Below the pieces are notes generated by a model. It made no database searches. It was not told the DNA's origin and saw only the letters and a list, made by a program, of their open reading frames with translations. A stretch of DNA of 37,198 nt from the NCBI GenBank assembly GCA_002633005.1, contig NMRA01001234.1, positions 1 through 37,198 of the forward strand. The letters run 5' to 3'. Source of the stretch: Phoronis australis. Its lineage: Eukaryota > Animalia > Phoronida. How positions within the stretch are numbered: the first letter of the stretch is position 1; every line of letters begins with the position of its first letter. Position numbers and translations under genes: made by a program. Of the stretch, positions 36,907 through 37,198 are shown piece after piece.

Positions 36907-37198
36907 GTTGCGAAGATGTTTTATCTCATCATCTCTGAGAACATTTGCCACGAACTTTGTGATCGTTCATTTGAAATAACAGCAGAATTTTATCGGAAGT
37001 CGAAGAGTGTAAAGTATCCTTTTGTAAAAAAAAGGATTGAGTTGAAAACAATACGTGTCGTTCAAACTGAAAATCATCCTGGCCTGTGTTGTCCTTTTGA
37101 AATTTGCTTACCAAGTTGGCTGAACACAAGTGTCATCTATACTCTTGATGGCAAAAGTAAAAAAGAAAAGCCAAAAAAATATGTTCGAGCTATAAATG
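36907..37198 (+). CDS. Start of large exon, module 2 (open to window end), paralogous to the 25371 exon
   Basis: Acceptor TCTTTTTCACACAG, phase 0; VAKMFYLIISENI...VKKRIELKTIRVV...KYVRAIN has no stop because the A8 at 37026-37033 keeps the frame. Confidence 0.75.

Overview
Repeat-rich, AT-rich animal genomic DNA, probably from a marine invertebrate (inferred from the repeat and gene types), from a draft assembly with one 190-N gap and three single-n joins. All family assignments are by-eye motif recognition; no database search was run. Bases 1-3017 are the 3' part of a decayed Gmr1-like Ty3/Gypsy LTR retrotransposon: integrase precedes RNase H, RT is lost by an in-frame deletion, and the 3' LTR is intact. 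Bases 3-14 kb hold LINE, MITE and DNA-transposon debris, including a HIRAN-like remnant. From about 14.8 kb to the window end runs a + strand multi-exon gene of more than 1,080 aa whose splice phases are consistent except at one junction. It encodes a TRADD-N-like domain, a His/Glu-rich repeat linker and at least two diverged, homologous large-exon modules resembling the RNF213 N-terminal CBM20-like fold plus helical stalk. A cluster of IRF-E/ISRE-like motifs lies upstream of it. Broken copies of the second module exon sit in an upstream intron, suggesting an immune-type gene undergoing module duplication and decay.
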